From IMG/VR virus record IMGVR_UViG_3300043411_001314, positions 1 to 64,000 of that record: DNA of 64,000 nt; one strand, given 5' to 3'. The DNA is from a virus. The notes beneath the pieces were generated by a model. The model saw only the letters and a list, made by a program, of their open reading frames with translations, was not told the origin of the DNA and made no database searches. Both the position numbers and the translations under genes were made by a program. The first letter of the stretch is position 1. Every line of letters starts with the position of its first letter. Of the stretch, positions 36,251-46,323 are shown piece after piece.

Positions 36251-37892
36251 CTCAAGCATCATCCAGCCAGGCTCCGATGGCCGGCTTCACATCCTGAGCC
36301 CGCTGGTGGTCTGCGACCAACTCCCAGACTGGGACCAACTCGACGACGTCCAACCGTCTGCCGACAAGGTGTACCTGCGGGCCCGCTACGTCCACGGTGG
36401 CCTGCCGGCGAACCAGAACGGCCACATCTTCCGCACGGAGCAGCTGGTCGACGCCCATCGCAACCTCCCGCACACCTACCTCAACTGGCTCCACCGGACC
36501 AAGCACACCATCGGCTGCTTCGTGGCGTCCCGGCTGGTGGACGAGGCCACCGGCGCGGTCATCGCCGACGCCAAGGCGGTCGACGCCTACGACTCAACCC
36601 CCTACGTCGACACCGTGGCCGCCTTGTGGCGGTTCGCGTACCCCGACGAGTACAAGGCGGTGCGCCGGGCCTATGACGCCGGCATGGGTTTCGTGTCGTG
36701 TGAAGCCTTCCCTCAGCAGAACACCTGCCCGACCTGCGACGCCACCTACGACTGGAAGGGCTACGTCTCTGACTCGTACTGCGAGCACCTCAACCGTCGG
36801 CGGGCGCCCCGCTGGCTGGAGGGCCCCACCTTCGTCGGCGGAGCCGTCGTGGTTCCTCCGGCCCGCCCGGGCTGGAAGGAGGCGTCCATCACCCGGATCG
36901 CCGACTGGATGCACAAGGATCCTTCCGCCGCCAGGGACCTGTTCACCCAGGTGGCTGCTGTCGCCCCCCACCTGTCCCAACTCGAGCTCGAGGCCATGAT
37001 GGGCGTGATCGTGGAGAACACGTCCCCAGACCTGCTGTCGGACCCCACCTCGGTCATCGCCCCACTGTGGGACAACCTCGCCGGCCGCTACGCCGGTCGG
37101 GTGGATCTGGTTCCCCCGGTTCCTGTTGCCGCCGCCGCTGCCGCCGGCGTGCTAGCCGCCGAGAACCTGGCGCCAGTGGAGCTCCACCGCTCCATGAACC
37201 TCGCTCATCGCCGGCCGCAGTCCCCGCCAACCGTTCGCCGGATGGCCATGGAGCTCGCGTCCCACCGGGTCGGAGACTCCGCCAAGTTCGACTCACTCGG
37301 TGGTGAAGTGGTGGCCGAGTGGGTCGAGCTCACAGCGGATGCCATGGCCGCCATCGACGCCGAGGGGGTGCACCCATCCAAGCCGTCCAAGCCGTCGGCT
37401 GTCATCGTGGTCCGTCCCTCCGTTGACGTGGCCGCCGACCTAGCGGCTGTGGCCGGCCTCCCGGTCGACGAGATCCATGTGACCATGGCGTTTCTGGGCC
37501 CGGTCGTCGACGGGGTGCTGGAGGGGTCGAGCTTCGGGCCCGACGAGATCGCCTCTGTCATCCGGTCTGTGGTCTCCAATAAGGCTCCACTGTCGGCGAC
37601 CGTGAACGGTCAAGGGGTATTCAACACCGGTGGCGGTGAGGTCGCCGTGTGGGCGGCCGTCGACTGCCCCGGGCTGGCCGAGCTCCACGTCGAGTTGATC
37701 GACGCCCTCCACCGGGTTGAGGCCCCCCACTCCCGCCAGCACGGGTTCACGGCCCACTCCACCGTCGCCGTTCAGCCGGCCGATGCACCAGTCCCCACTG
37801 TTCCCTCCGGCATGGCCTGGGCGGTGGACAGCGTGGAGTTGTGGTGGGAGGAGCTCGAGCCCCTGGTGATCCCATTCGATCAAGGGTCTTGA
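36243..37892 (+). CDS. prohead protease-like protein fused to a C-terminal 2H phosphoesterase
   Basis: NQNGHIF, LNWLH..IG, VSCE, CPTC..YCEHL, F.GGAVV.PP.RPGW; C-terminal HVTMAFLG and GFTAHSTVA. Confidence 0.75.
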   Translation: MTDSSIIQPGSDGRLHILSPLVVCDQLPDWDQLDDVQPSADKVYLRARYVHGGLPANQNGHIFRTEQLVDAHRNLPHTYLNWLHRTKHTIGCFVASRLVDEATGAVIADAKAVDAYDSTPYVDTVAALWRFAYPDEYKAVRRAYDAGMGFVSCEAFPQQNTCPTCDATYDWKGYVSDSYCEHLNRRRAPRWLEGPTFVGGAVVVPPARPGWKEASITRIADWMHKDPSAARDLFTQVAAVAPHLSQLELEAMMGVIVENTSPDLLSDPTSVIAPLWDNLAGRYAGRVDLVPPVPVAAAAAAGVLAAENLAPVELHRSMNLAHRRPQSPPTVRRMAMELASHRVGDSAKFDSLGGEVVAEWVELTADAMAAIDAEGVHPSKPSKPSAVIVVRPSVDVAADLAAVAGLPVDEIHVTMAFLGPVVDGVLEGSSFGPDEIASVIRSVVSNKAPLSATVNGQGVFNTGGGEVAVWAAVDCPGLAELHVELIDALHRVEAPHSRQHGFTAHSTVAVQPADAPVPTVPSGMAWAVDSVELWWEELEPLVIPFDQGS

Positions 37893-37925
37893 CCGGGCAT
37901 GTCGTAATCTGATAGTCCTTCATCC

Positions 37926-38141
37926 GTGATCGAACCCGGCGACAAGATCAGATTCAGGCCGCGGCCCAACTCCAACCACTCCGATGGGGTGGTCATCGCC
38001 GTGGACGGAACGATCGTGCACATCGCTGATGAGTCCAAGCGGAACCGGTTCATCCCAGTCGACCGGGTGTTGGTCCGATCCGTCGGGCCGCGTGGTGGTC
38101 TGTCGTGGGTGCCCGCCGTCGTTGTCACACCCGGTTCGTAA
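37926..38141 (+). CDS. small SH3/KOW-like protein
   Basis: IEPGDKIRF...GVVIAVDG. Confidence 0.5.
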   Translation: MIEPGDKIRFRPRPNSNHSDGVVIAVDGTIVHIADESKRNRFIPVDRVLVRSVGPRGGLSWVPAVVVTPGS

Positions 38142-38150
38142 TCTGCCGGC

Positions 38151-39182
38151 ATGGATAAGCAGACCCAGACGATGATCCTCGACGCAATCGCCCCTCACGC
38201 CATCTCCCTGCCCGTTGCCCAGGAGGTCGATGAGAAGGTCTGGCTCGAACAGCGCCGGAAGGGCATCGGTGGATCCGACGCCGGCACTGTGCTCGGGATC
38301 AACCCCTACCAGGGCCCGTTCGAGCTCTGGCTGTTGAAGACCAACCAGATCCCCGACCCAGACCTGTCCGACCGTGAGGCTGTCTACTGGGGGCACACCC
38401 TGGAGTCGATCGTCTGCGACGAGTTCGGACTCCGCAATGGCGTCCCGGTGATGAAGCCGAAGGTGATGTTCCAGAGCATCGAACGCCCCTGGCAACAGGT
38501 CAGCCTCGATGCCCTCACCCTGGATCCTGAAACCGGCGAGCCGGCCATCTTCGAGGCGAAGACGGCCTCGGAGTACTTGGCTTCCGAGTGGGCTGACGAC
38601 AGTGTGCCCCAGCACTACGAGGCCCAGTGCTACCACGCAGCGGCGGTGACCGGGATCCGCAACGTCTGGATCGGCTGCCTCATCGGCGGCCAGCGGTTCA
38701 GTGGTGAACGTGGGGCCGGCACGCGGGTCACTATCGACGAAGAGGTGCTGGCCGACGTGTGCGCCGCTGAGGAGCGGTTCTGGCATCAACACGTCCTGGG
38801 TGGTACCCAGCCACCACCCGACGCCTCGACGTCGTGCACCGACCTCCTTCGGGCTATGTGGGAGGCCAAGGAAGGCGAGGTCGAGCTTCCACCCAGGGGG
38901 CTCGACGTCGCCATCGGCTACCTGGACGCCCATCGTCGGCTGAATGCAGCGAAGGACGAGAAGGCCGAGCTCGGCAACTGGCTACGCCAGGAGATGGCGG
39001 CCAACACCATCGGCATGGTCCAGGGCGTCCAGGTGGCCACATTCAACAAGCAGCCCGACAACAGATTCGACCTCGAGACGTTCAAGGGTGATCACCCCGA
39101 CCTCTACGAGAAGTACTTCAAGAAGGGCAGCACCCGCGCCCTTCGAGTGAACCCCAAGCTCGCAAACATGAAGGAGAGTTGA
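38151..39182 (+). CDS. YqaJ-like recombination exonuclease
   Basis: WLEQRRKGIGGSD, WG..LE, SLDA, FEAKT, Y.AQ. Confidence 0.93.
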   Translation: MDKQTQTMILDAIAPHAISLPVAQEVDEKVWLEQRRKGIGGSDAGTVLGINPYQGPFELWLLKTNQIPDPDLSDREAVYWGHTLESIVCDEFGLRNGVPVMKPKVMFQSIERPWQQVSLDALTLDPETGEPAIFEAKTASEYLASEWADDSVPQHYEAQCYHAAAVTGIRNVWIGCLIGGQRFSGERGAGTRVTIDEEVLADVCAAEERFWHQHVLGGTQPPPDASTSCTDLLRAMWEAKEGEVELPPRGLDVAIGYLDAHRRLNAAKDEKAELGNWLRQEMAANTIGMVQGVQVATFNKQPDNRFDLETFKGDHPDLYEKYFKKGSTRALRVNPKLANMKES

Positions 39183-39183
39183 C

Positions 39184-40059
39184 ATGGCAGCCCCCAAGCA
39201 GTCCCTGGCCGACGCAGCGAAGGGTGCCGCCAGCGGCGAACCCACGAGCGCCGTCGTACCCAAGGCACCCGAACCGCCCAGCATCGTCAAGATGTTGGAG
39301 TCGCCCGCGCAGCTGGAAGAGCTCCGCAAGGCCCTCCCCCCCGGCCTGAGCGTCGAGCGGTTCGCTCGCATGGCGCTCACGCTGGTGAAGTCCGATCCGG
39401 AAATGCTGGAGCTCGGCTCCACGCCCGAGGGGACCAAGTCGCTGATCACGGCGTTCCACCGCTGCGCCCAACTCGGGCTCGAGGTCGGCCCGGACCTGGG
39501 GCAGGCGTACCTGCTCCCCTTCCGCATGCGCGACACCCTTACCCTGCAGTTCATCCTGGGCTACAAGGGCATCCTAACCATGGCTCGTCGCAGCGGCGCC
39601 CTCCGCCGGCTCGACGTCCACGAGGTCTACCAGAACGACGAGTTCGAGTACTCCTACGGCCTCAACGGAACCCTGCATCACCGTCCCACCCTGGAGAAGG
39701 ATCGTGGGCCCATCATCTGCTACTACGGCTTCGCCGAGTTCACAGATGGCGGCTACTACTACACGGTGCTGACCCTCGACGACATCGACTCTCGCAAGCA
39801 ACGGTCGGCCTCAGTCAAGGCCGGGCGGAAGTCGCCCTGGGACACCGATCCGATCGCCATGTCCAAGAAGACGGTCGTCCGCGCCATGGCCCCGTATCTC
39901 CCCCTCTCCGTCGAGGCCCAGGACGCCATCGCTGACGACGAGAAGATGGTGGTCGGCGACCAGCTGTCCTACATCGACGTGGGCACCGTGGACCACACGC
40001 CCATGCGGGACACCCAGGAGCCGGTCCAGGAGGTCATCGAGGTGGACGCCGGTGGCTGA
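39184..40059 (+). CDS. recT: RecT single-strand annealing protein
   Basis: AQLGLE..LGQAYLLPF, FILGYKG, VYQNDEF, SPWDTD..AMSKKTVVR. Confidence 0.95.
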   Translation: MAAPKQSLADAAKGAASGEPTSAVVPKAPEPPSIVKMLESPAQLEELRKALPPGLSVERFARMALTLVKSDPEMLELGSTPEGTKSLITAFHRCAQLGLEVGPDLGQAYLLPFRMRDTLTLQFILGYKGILTMARRSGALRRLDVHEVYQNDEFEYSYGLNGTLHHRPTLEKDRGPIICYYGFAEFTDGGYYYTVLTLDDIDSRKQRSASVKAGRKSPWDTDPIAMSKKTVVRAMAPYLPLSVEAQDAIADDEKMVVGDQLSYIDVGTVDHTPMRDTQEPVQEVIEVDAGG

Positions 40060-40342
40060 GGACACGTTGTTCGGGCCGGCTGAAACCCCAGTGCGGATCT
40101 CGGCCGATCGGAAACGCACCCTTCGCAACACCTCAGCGCTGACGGCTGGCAAACACCCGGTGACAGGACTGCGCTTATCTTGGGTGGATGGTCAAACATG
40201 CGGCAACTGCGACCACCACTTCAGCCACACCCGCAACAAGACCTGGCACAAGTGCGACCTCAACGCCACCCGTGGCGCTGGTACCGACATCCGGGTGTCC
40301 TGGCCGGCCTGCACCGCATGGGTAGCTGAACAGGACTCGTGA
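40052..40342 (+). CDS. Cys-rich hypothetical protein
   Basis: GKHP..TCGNCDH..WHKC..TDIRVSWPAC. Confidence 0.7.
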   Translation: MAEDTLFGPAETPVRISADRKRTLRNTSALTAGKHPVTGLRLSWVDGQTCGNCDHHFSHTRNKTWHKCDLNATRGAGTDIRVSWPACTAWVAEQDS

Positions 40343-40387
40343 TCCATCTCCCGCTCACCGAGTGGGATCAACAGAAAGGAAGCGGCT

Positions 40388-40516
40388 ATGCCGACGGAAG
40401 AGGAAATCAGAGAGCAGTTCGACTACCGGTCCCACCCTCCGGTGACCAGCGTCGACCTCGATGAAACCGAGGAGTCCGACGAGGAGTCCGACGACGTGGA
40501 CGACAAGACCGAGTGA
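40388..40516 (+). CDS. small acidic peptide
   Basis: GAAAGGA RBS, GTGA overlap with dnaB. Confidence 0.5.
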   Translation: MPTEEEIREQFDYRSHPPVTSVDLDETEESDEESDDVDDKTE

Positions 40517-41841
40517 GCGGCGGGGCCCGAGAGACCCCGTGCAACCTTGACGCCGAAGAGTCGCTGCTCGGGGCAATGATGCTGTCCCGAGCAGCGATCG
40601 ACGTCGCCTCGGAGCGGCTCTCTCCAGATGACTTCTACAAGCCCGCGCACGGCCACATCTACGACGCGATCACGTCCCTCGCCGGCCGGGCCGATGCCGT
40701 CGACCCCATCACGGTGGCCGACCACCTGGAGCGGGCCGACCTCCTTGAAGCCGTCGGCGGGGCGTCCCGACTCCTGGAGCTCCAGGCCGGCACGCCGGCC
40801 ACGTCGAGCGCCGGCCGCTACGCCAAGATCATCGAGGACCACTCGATCCTCCGCCGTCTGGCCGGGGTGGCGGGTGAGATCTCCGAGATCGCCTACAGCT
40901 CCCCCGACGACGTGCCGAAGGCGATCGACCAGGCCGAGACACTGGTGTTCGAGATTGCCCAGCACCGCGACACCGACACCACCAGCGCCCTCCCCGAGCT
41001 TCTCGACGCCACACTCGACTCCCTGGAGGCGCTCGCTGAGCGGGGGGATGAGATCACCGGCACCCCAACCGGCTACACCGACTTCGACGAGCTCACCGCT
41101 GGGCTCCAACCGAACGCCCTCATCGTACTCGGGGCCCGCCCCGGCATGGGCAAGACCAGCTTCGCCCTCGGCATGGCCTCCCACGCCGCCCTCGACCACC
41201 AGCTACCGGTCCTGTTCTTCTCCCTGGAGATGTCCAGAGTCGAGCTCACCCAGCGACTGCTGTGTGCGCACGCCGGCGTCGACTCCGTGAAGCTCCGCAA
41301 CGGTCGCCTCAATGAGTCCGACTGGAAGCGGATCGGGACGTCGGTCGGCAAGCTCGGGGACTCCCGCCTGTGGATCGACGACAACGCTCACGCCAGTGTC
41401 ATGGAGATCCGGGCCAAGGCCCGCCGCCTGCAGTCCAAGGTGGGCCAGCTGGGCATGATCGTGGTCGACTACATCCAGCTGATGAGCGGCACCGGTAGGT
41501 TCGAGAACCGCCAGACCGAGGTGGCCGAGATCAGCCGTGGCCTCAAGATCCTGGCCCGCGAGCTGCAGTGTCCGGTGGTCGCCCTGGCCCAGCTGAACCG
41601 GGCCCTTGAGCAGCGAGCAGACAAGCGCCCCATGCTCGCCGACCTTCGCGAGTCGGGCAGCCTTGAGGCCGACGCCGACATCGTGGTGTTCCTCTACCGG
41701 GACGAGCTCTACGACAACCAGTCACCAGACCGAGGTACCGCCGAGGTGTTGGTGATGAAGCATCGGGCCGGCCCCACCGGTATGGTGCGTCTGGCGTTCC
41801 TGGAGCACTACACCAAGTTCGCCAACATGGCTAGACCCTGA
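40513..41841 (+). CDS. dnaB: replicative DNA helicase
   Basis: AEESLLGAM, GARPGMGKT, FSLEM, VDYIQLM, QLNR..EQRADKRP.LADLRESG, KHRAGPTG. Confidence 0.97.
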   Translation: MSGGARETPCNLDAEESLLGAMMLSRAAIDVASERLSPDDFYKPAHGHIYDAITSLAGRADAVDPITVADHLERADLLEAVGGASRLLELQAGTPATSSAGRYAKIIEDHSILRRLAGVAGEISEIAYSSPDDVPKAIDQAETLVFEIAQHRDTDTTSALPELLDATLDSLEALAERGDEITGTPTGYTDFDELTAGLQPNALIVLGARPGMGKTSFALGMASHAALDHQLPVLFFSLEMSRVELTQRLLCAHAGVDSVKLRNGRLNESDWKRIGTSVGKLGDSRLWIDDNAHASVMEIRAKARRLQSKVGQLGMIVVDYIQLMSGTGRFENRQTEVAEISRGLKILARELQCPVVALAQLNRALEQRADKRPMLADLRESGSLEADADIVVFLYRDELYDNQSPDRGTAEVLVMKHRAGPTGMVRLAFLEHYTKFANMARP

Positions 41842-41843
41842 GG

Positions 41844-42761
41844 TCAGGTCACTCGGAAGAACCCGAAGGTCGCTTCTGTGTTGATGGAGTTCGTCGTATC
41901 CTGGCTGCACGCCAGGCCCATGTGGGTCGGCGTGAACCCGGGGTTGAAGGTGACGAGCTCAACCCACACGTAGCCATCGTCCGAGTAGTAGGCCGTGGCG
42001 CTCGACGCCGACGCGACGGTGACTCGGCCGTACTTGGCATCGCCGCGCCCAGCATGAGAACCGGGGCTGGTGTAGAACGCCCCAGCGTAGGACTGGTTGC
42101 CCACCCACCACTTCTGTAGGCCGTCCCATACTTGGCCGACATACCAGACGGACGACCCGGAGGTGAGGCCGTTGGACAGGATGATCCCGCCGTTCCGGTG
42201 GTAGTTCACGGGGGCTCCGCGGGAGGCGAGCTGGAAGGTGATGGTGTACGGGAAAGAGCCGGGCGGGGCCTGGACTACCCCGATGAGGTTGTTGTTCGTG
42301 CCGACGCCCTTCAGGTGTAGGCACCCGGAAACGAACGAGTTGGTGTCCTTCGTGGTGGCAGCTGTTGGGGTGTCAGACCAGGTGACCGTCGACCACCCGT
42401 CGAACTCGTCGTCGTAGGCGGACGGCGAAGACGGTGGAGCCGGCTCGTGGAGGTGGGAGACCTCGAAGTCGGCGGCAGTGGGAGCATGGACCCAGGCGAC
42501 CGCCGAGGCGTGAGCCGCAGCGGTGGTTCCCTCCCTGCCCCGCACTACCGTCGCGGTGGTCGCTGCCGTGGAGTGGGCGGTGATGTGCACGATCTCTCGT
42601 GCCCCGCCGGCGCCTGGGTCGAGGGTGATGGCGATCACCTTCCCAGACCCACCAACGACCTCCGGGAACCCAGCGAACTCGGCGGAGGTCAGTGAGGTGG
42701 TCGAGTCGGACGCCGAGGAACTCAGCGTGCCCTGCATGAAATCAAATCGGAGCCGAGGCAT
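41844..42761 (-). CDS. minor tail / receptor-binding protein
   Basis: EIVHIT..ATVVRGREGTTA.AH N-terminal module; lectin-like C-terminus (YYSDDG..W). Confidence 0.7.
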   Translation of the reverse strand: MPRLRFDFMQGTLSSSASDSTTSLTSAEFAGFPEVVGGSGKVIAITLDPGAGGAREIVHITAHSTAATTATVVRGREGTTAAAHASAVAWVHAPTAADFEVSHLHEPAPPSSPSAYDDEFDGWSTVTWSDTPTAATTKDTNSFVSGCLHLKGVGTNNNLIGVVQAPPGSFPYTITFQLASRGAPVNYHRNGGIILSNGLTSGSSVWYVGQVWDGLQKWWVGNQSYAGAFYTSPGSHAGRGDAKYGRVTVASASSATAYYSDDGYVWVELVTFNPGFTPTHMGLACSQDTTNSINTEATFGFFRVT

Positions 42762-42774
42762 GGTGTTCCTTTGG

Positions 42775-42984
42775 TCAGGCGAGGCGGACGTAGCCGGTGG
42801 CGACGGTGTACACGTCGAAGAGTGCTGGGCAGTCGGTGCGGCGGATGGCGGCGGTGAGTGAGGCGATCACGTCGAGCAGCCGGGCGATCAGATCCCGCGA
42901 CTCGGGGTGCGTGCGGGCGTGCGCCCGGGCGTGGGTGTCGAGCACGGCGAGCGGTGCGTGAGCGTCGAGCGGGTGGACCATCAC
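42775..42984 (-). CDS. hypothetical protein
   Basis: ARAHARTHPESRDLI shared with 47169..48599. Confidence 0.55.
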   Translation of the reverse strand: MMVHPLDAHAPLAVLDTHARAHARTHPESRDLIARLLDVIASLTAAIRRTDCPALFDVYTVATGYVRLA

Positions 42985-42989
42985 GCCCC

Positions 42990-43328
42990 CTAGGTGTCGC
43001 TGGTGTCGGTGAGGTCGCGGAGTAGGCGGCGGATCAGCGCCGTGGTCTGGCGGGTGAGCCGTGCGACCTGGGCGCGTTGCTGCGCCGCGGTCGGCGTGTC
43101 GATCGCCAGGTACGTGCGGTTGGCGTCGAGCGCCCGACGGAGCCGGTCCTCGATGGTGCGCTGGTTGCGGTCGGCGGGTGACTCGACGGGCAACCCGGTG
43201 ACCTGCTCGGTGGACGTGACGTTGCCGTCGGCGTCGTAGACGGTGCGGGTGCCGGTGCCGTCGCCGTTGTCGGTCACCTGCTCGATGATGTTCCCATTGC
43301 CGTCCTCGTGGGTGAAGTAGACGGACAT
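42990..43328 (-). CDS. tail-fibre-associated protein
   Basis: follows tail fibre; NRTYLAI..PT.AQ..AQV..LTRQ. Confidence 0.6.
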   Translation of the reverse strand: MSVYFTHEDGNGNIIEQVTDNGDGTGTRTVYDADGNVTSTEQVTGLPVESPADRNQRTIEDRLRRALDANRTYLAIDTPTAAQQRAQVARLTRQTTALIRRLLRDLTDTSDT

Positions 43329-43333
43329 TGCGG

Positions 43334-44734
43334 TCACGCTCCTCTCAGGGCCAGCCAGGGGCCGAAGTCCGACCACGACGTCGCCGGGCACGTGGCGGGC
43401 ATCGCCCCAGTAGTGACACCCGTCGCGGTGCGGGTGATGTTGTTGCGGGTGATGTTCGATCCCATCGTGTTGGGGGTCCATGGCGGATCGACCACGAAGC
43501 TCCCGCCGCCGCCGCCGACGCAGTGGACGGTCGGCGCCGTCGTGAGCGCATCGAGCAGGACCCCCGCCCAGTACAGGGTGGGGACCGTCGGCGACACCGA
43601 CGCAGCGACAGTGCGGTACCCGGTCGTCGTCGACATATTGAGGGTGCCGAGATCGGCGATCAGTGCCAGCCCGTCAGGGAGCAGGGTGGTTGGGTCCGAC
43701 GGGTACAGCCCGAACCGCCACGTCGAAGTCCCCACCACCGTCTGGTTCAGGGCGAGGGCGTCGTAGCTGCCAGGCTCGACGAACACCGGGACGAGAGCCA
43801 TCCGCCCGGTGACAATCATGAAGTGGTAGGTGGCGTTCGCCGCGCGGGTCTGGAGCCCGTGGTACTGGCCGGACTGTGCGGGCAGGATCAAGCCGGGCCT
43901 GCCCCACGTCTGATCGCCTCGCAGGAACGTGGCCGACGACGCCGTACCCGACCCGAGGCGTGCGGTGGCGACGGTGCCCGACGAGATATCTGCGGCCCCG
44001 TGAACGTGGCTCGTCGGGGTGCGGGCATCGGACAGCCGCGAGTCGTTGCCCTGCGCTGCGGTGCCCGCCGTGGTGCCGTAGGAGACGGCCAGGGTGCGGT
44101 TGGCCGACAGGTCCCCACCACCGGTGAGCCCGGTCCCGGCAGAGATCGTGCGAGAGGTTGGGGCGGCGCCCACGTCGGCGGCGTCGAGCACCACCGCGCC
44201 CGTCTCGCCGTTCACCGAATCGACCGCACCACCACCGGCGCCGATCGGCCCCACTTCCGCGCCAGCCTCGTCGCGGACATACAGCCCGTCGGTGCGGGCG
44301 ACGAGGCGCTGCGACCCCGCTGCGGGGTTGGTCACGTCCGCGGTCTCGGGGAGGTCCACGAACCCGTTGGCGGTGAGTGTCACGATCGTCCCGGTCGACC
44401 CGACCCCCACGACATCAGACAGGTCGACCGCCCCGCCGGCGGGAGCCTCGATGTCATACACCGGGTACTCCACCCCGCCGATCACCTCGAGCACCTGGTA
44501 CGTCCAGTTGACCGGGACCACGTCGGGGTCGTCCGTGGCGGGAAGGCTGATGCTGATCGCGCCGTCCTCAAGCCACACCCGTCGAGCGGTGGGGAGTACG
44601 ATGGCATCGGACGTCGTGGTGATGCGAGTGGCGCGCGGTGTAAACACCACATACCCACTACCCGGGTCTCCGGTGGCGATGTCCACCCAAGTCCCAGTGA
44701 CGGTGCAGGTTTGGTAATCAACGGGGAGAGGCAT
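43334..44734 (-). CDS. tail fibre protein
   Basis: LPATDDPDVVPVNWTY N-terminal domain, VDSVNGETGAVVL, AGTGLTGGGDLSANRTL, H.H..ADI, TFLRGDQTW. Confidence 0.88.
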   Translation of the reverse strand: MPLPVDYQTCTVTGTWVDIATGDPGSGYVVFTPRATRITTTSDAIVLPTARRVWLEDGAISISLPATDDPDVVPVNWTYQVLEVIGGVEYPVYDIEAPAGGAVDLSDVVGVGSTGTIVTLTANGFVDLPETADVTNPAAGSQRLVARTDGLYVRDEAGAEVGPIGAGGGAVDSVNGETGAVVLDAADVGAAPTSRTISAGTGLTGGGDLSANRTLAVSYGTTAGTAAQGNDSRLSDARTPTSHVHGAADISSGTVATARLGSGTASSATFLRGDQTWGRPGLILPAQSGQYHGLQTRAANATYHFMIVTGRMALVPVFVEPGSYDALALNQTVVGTSTWRFGLYPSDPTTLLPDGLALIADLGTLNMSTTTGYRTVAASVSPTVPTLYWAGVLLDALTTAPTVHCVGGGGGSFVVDPPWTPNTMGSNITRNNITRTATGVTTGAMPATCPATSWSDFGPWLALRGA

Positions 44735-45060
44735 CAAACAATCACGATCGTCTTGTCGGCTTTCAGGCTGATGTCTTGGAACTCCCAGGAGTCCAATCCA
44801 CCCGGGCCCAGGAACGTAGCCTTCACTCTGTAGGACCCAGCTTCACACCCGGTTGTGTCCCAGTTGTATCGCCAGACCTCATGGTTGTCGTCCCATGTCA
44901 ACGGTTCATCCTCCACGGTGTAGACGGTCCCGGTTTTGAGCCATACAGAGATGGTCGCGTCCGTCACATCAGCGGGGACCAACGGGGACGACAAGGTTGG
45001 GGATCTGTCGTAGCTGGCCGCCACGGCGATCCGAGCGATCTCACCCACGTATACGGTCAT
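44734..45060 (-). CDS. small Ig-like tail protein
   Basis: YVGE...YNWDTTG..AGSYRV. Confidence 0.6.
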   Translation of the reverse strand: MTVYVGEIARIAVAASYDRSPTLSSPLVPADVTDATISVWLKTGTVYTVEDEPLTWDDNHEVWRYNWDTTGCEAGSYRVKATFLGPGGLDSWEFQDISLKADKTIVIV

Positions 45061-45647
45061 CAGGAGGTCCTTGTCGCTACAGAGTCTTGGAGGGTGATGG
45101 TTGCGGTCATGTCTAGGGTGGAGATGGACACTGCCATGTCGAGGAGGGAGAAGGAGACGGCGTCGTCCATGACGGAGATGGTGATCGTGACCGGCCTGAT
45201 GGTGGCGGCGATTGCCTCCCAAACCCCGCTCCCTTGGCCGACGAACGCAAAGCCGCCCGTCCCGGCGCCAACCCGCGACGCGGCCGAGGTTGCCCAGCCT
45301 GGGAGCAGGAACCCGCCGTAGCCAGAACCGGACCTACTGGTGGCCGAGAAGCCGACGCCAACAAGCAGGGCCCCGCCGACACCGGCGCCAGTCCTAGTGG
45401 TGGCCGAGGTTGCCCAGCCTGGGAGCAGGAACCCGCCGACACCGGCGCCAGTCCTAGTGGTGGTGCCGGTGGCCGACCCGACGACATGGATGAGCGAGCT
45501 CGAGGAGCCGCCGGCGGACTTGGTCCCCCCGGTGGTCCCGATCGCGACGATGAACCCGGCAGCGGATGCCCCATACGACGGAGGCGTGGAGCCGGAGTGA
45601 GTTTCGCCGTAGACCTGTTCGCCGTAGATTTCCTGCCCATAGGCCAC
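45060..45647 (-). CDS. Gly/Thr-rich tail protein with 20-aa repeats
   Basis: YGQEIYGEQVYGE start; TTRTGAGVGGFLLPGWATSA repeats (60-bp period). Confidence 0.65.
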   Translation of the reverse strand: MAYGQEIYGEQVYGETHSGSTPPSYGASAAGFIVAIGTTGGTKSAGGSSSSLIHVVGSATGTTTRTGAGVGGFLLPGWATSATTRTGAGVGGALLVGVGFSATSRSGSGYGGFLLPGWATSAASRVGAGTGGFAFVGQGSGVWEAIAATIRPVTITISVMDDAVSFSLLDMAVSISTLDMTATITLQDSVATRTS

Positions 45648-45655
45648 GGTTCACC

Positions 45656-46261
45656 TCAAGGAATCGCGACACTGATGGACGAAATCGTGTAGGTGCCCTG
45701 GCCGCCATAGGTCTCAAACGTGGCCTCCTGGACGGCCGCTCGCCCGGCAGCGGAGATGGTGATGGCCGCCCCACCAGAGGAGGCCGCCAGCTTGAAGGTG
45801 TCGCCAGAGACATCCCGCACCCAATACGTGGATCCCTCGGTTGTGCCTGTCGGCAGGGCCCCGTAGGTCTTCAACACCACGACGCTGTCGCCGTCGGAGA
45901 ACGTGTGCCCCGGGGCGGTGAAGGCGCCGCTCGTGGCGGCGGTCGCCAGTTGCGGGTCGCCAACGGGGCCCAGTGGGATGGAGCCCAGGAACGTGCCGGC
46001 CGTGATGGCGGACCAGAACCCGGCGAAGCCGACCGTCGCCCCGGCCGGCACGTCGAAGGCTGCGGGGGCGACGCTGGTGGTGAGGACGCCTGATGCGGCG
46101 GCGCCCCAGGTTACGGCCTTGCGGGCGTAGGCGGGGCTCCCACCAGTGAGTTCGCTGGTCCCACCCGTCCCGGGGAAGGCGGAGTGCAGGCTGATGTGGG
46201 TGATGTTGGATGCGAGCTCGTTGAGCGTCAGGTTCCTCGCGGCATCAACAAGATCGGTCAC
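45656..46261 (-). CDS. minor tail protein
   Basis: ISLHSA.PG..G.SE.TGGSPAYARKAVTW..FDVPAG.TV...GFW. Confidence 0.75.
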   Translation of the reverse strand: MTDLVDAARNLTLNELASNITHISLHSAFPGTGGTSELTGGSPAYARKAVTWGAAASGVLTTSVAPAAFDVPAGATVGFAGFWSAITAGTFLGSIPLGPVGDPQLATAATSGAFTAPGHTFSDGDSVVVLKTYGALPTGTTEGSTYWVRDVSGDTFKLAASSGGAAITISAAGRAAVQEATFETYGGQGTYTISSISVAIP

Positions 46262-46295
46262 GGTGGTCCCCTGGGTGGTCGTCGCGTCTTAGGTG

Positions 46296-46323
46296 TTATC
46301 GGCCCTCGGCCAGGATGGATTCA
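46296..46323 (-). promoter_or_regulatory. sigma28/WhiG-type late promoter
   Basis: TGAA-N16-GCCGATAA on the minus strand upstream of the tail-fibre block. Confidence 0.8.

Noticed and set aside
43328-44833. 501-aa plus-strand ORF
   Set aside because: Arg/Gly-rich antisense shadow of the tail fibre gene
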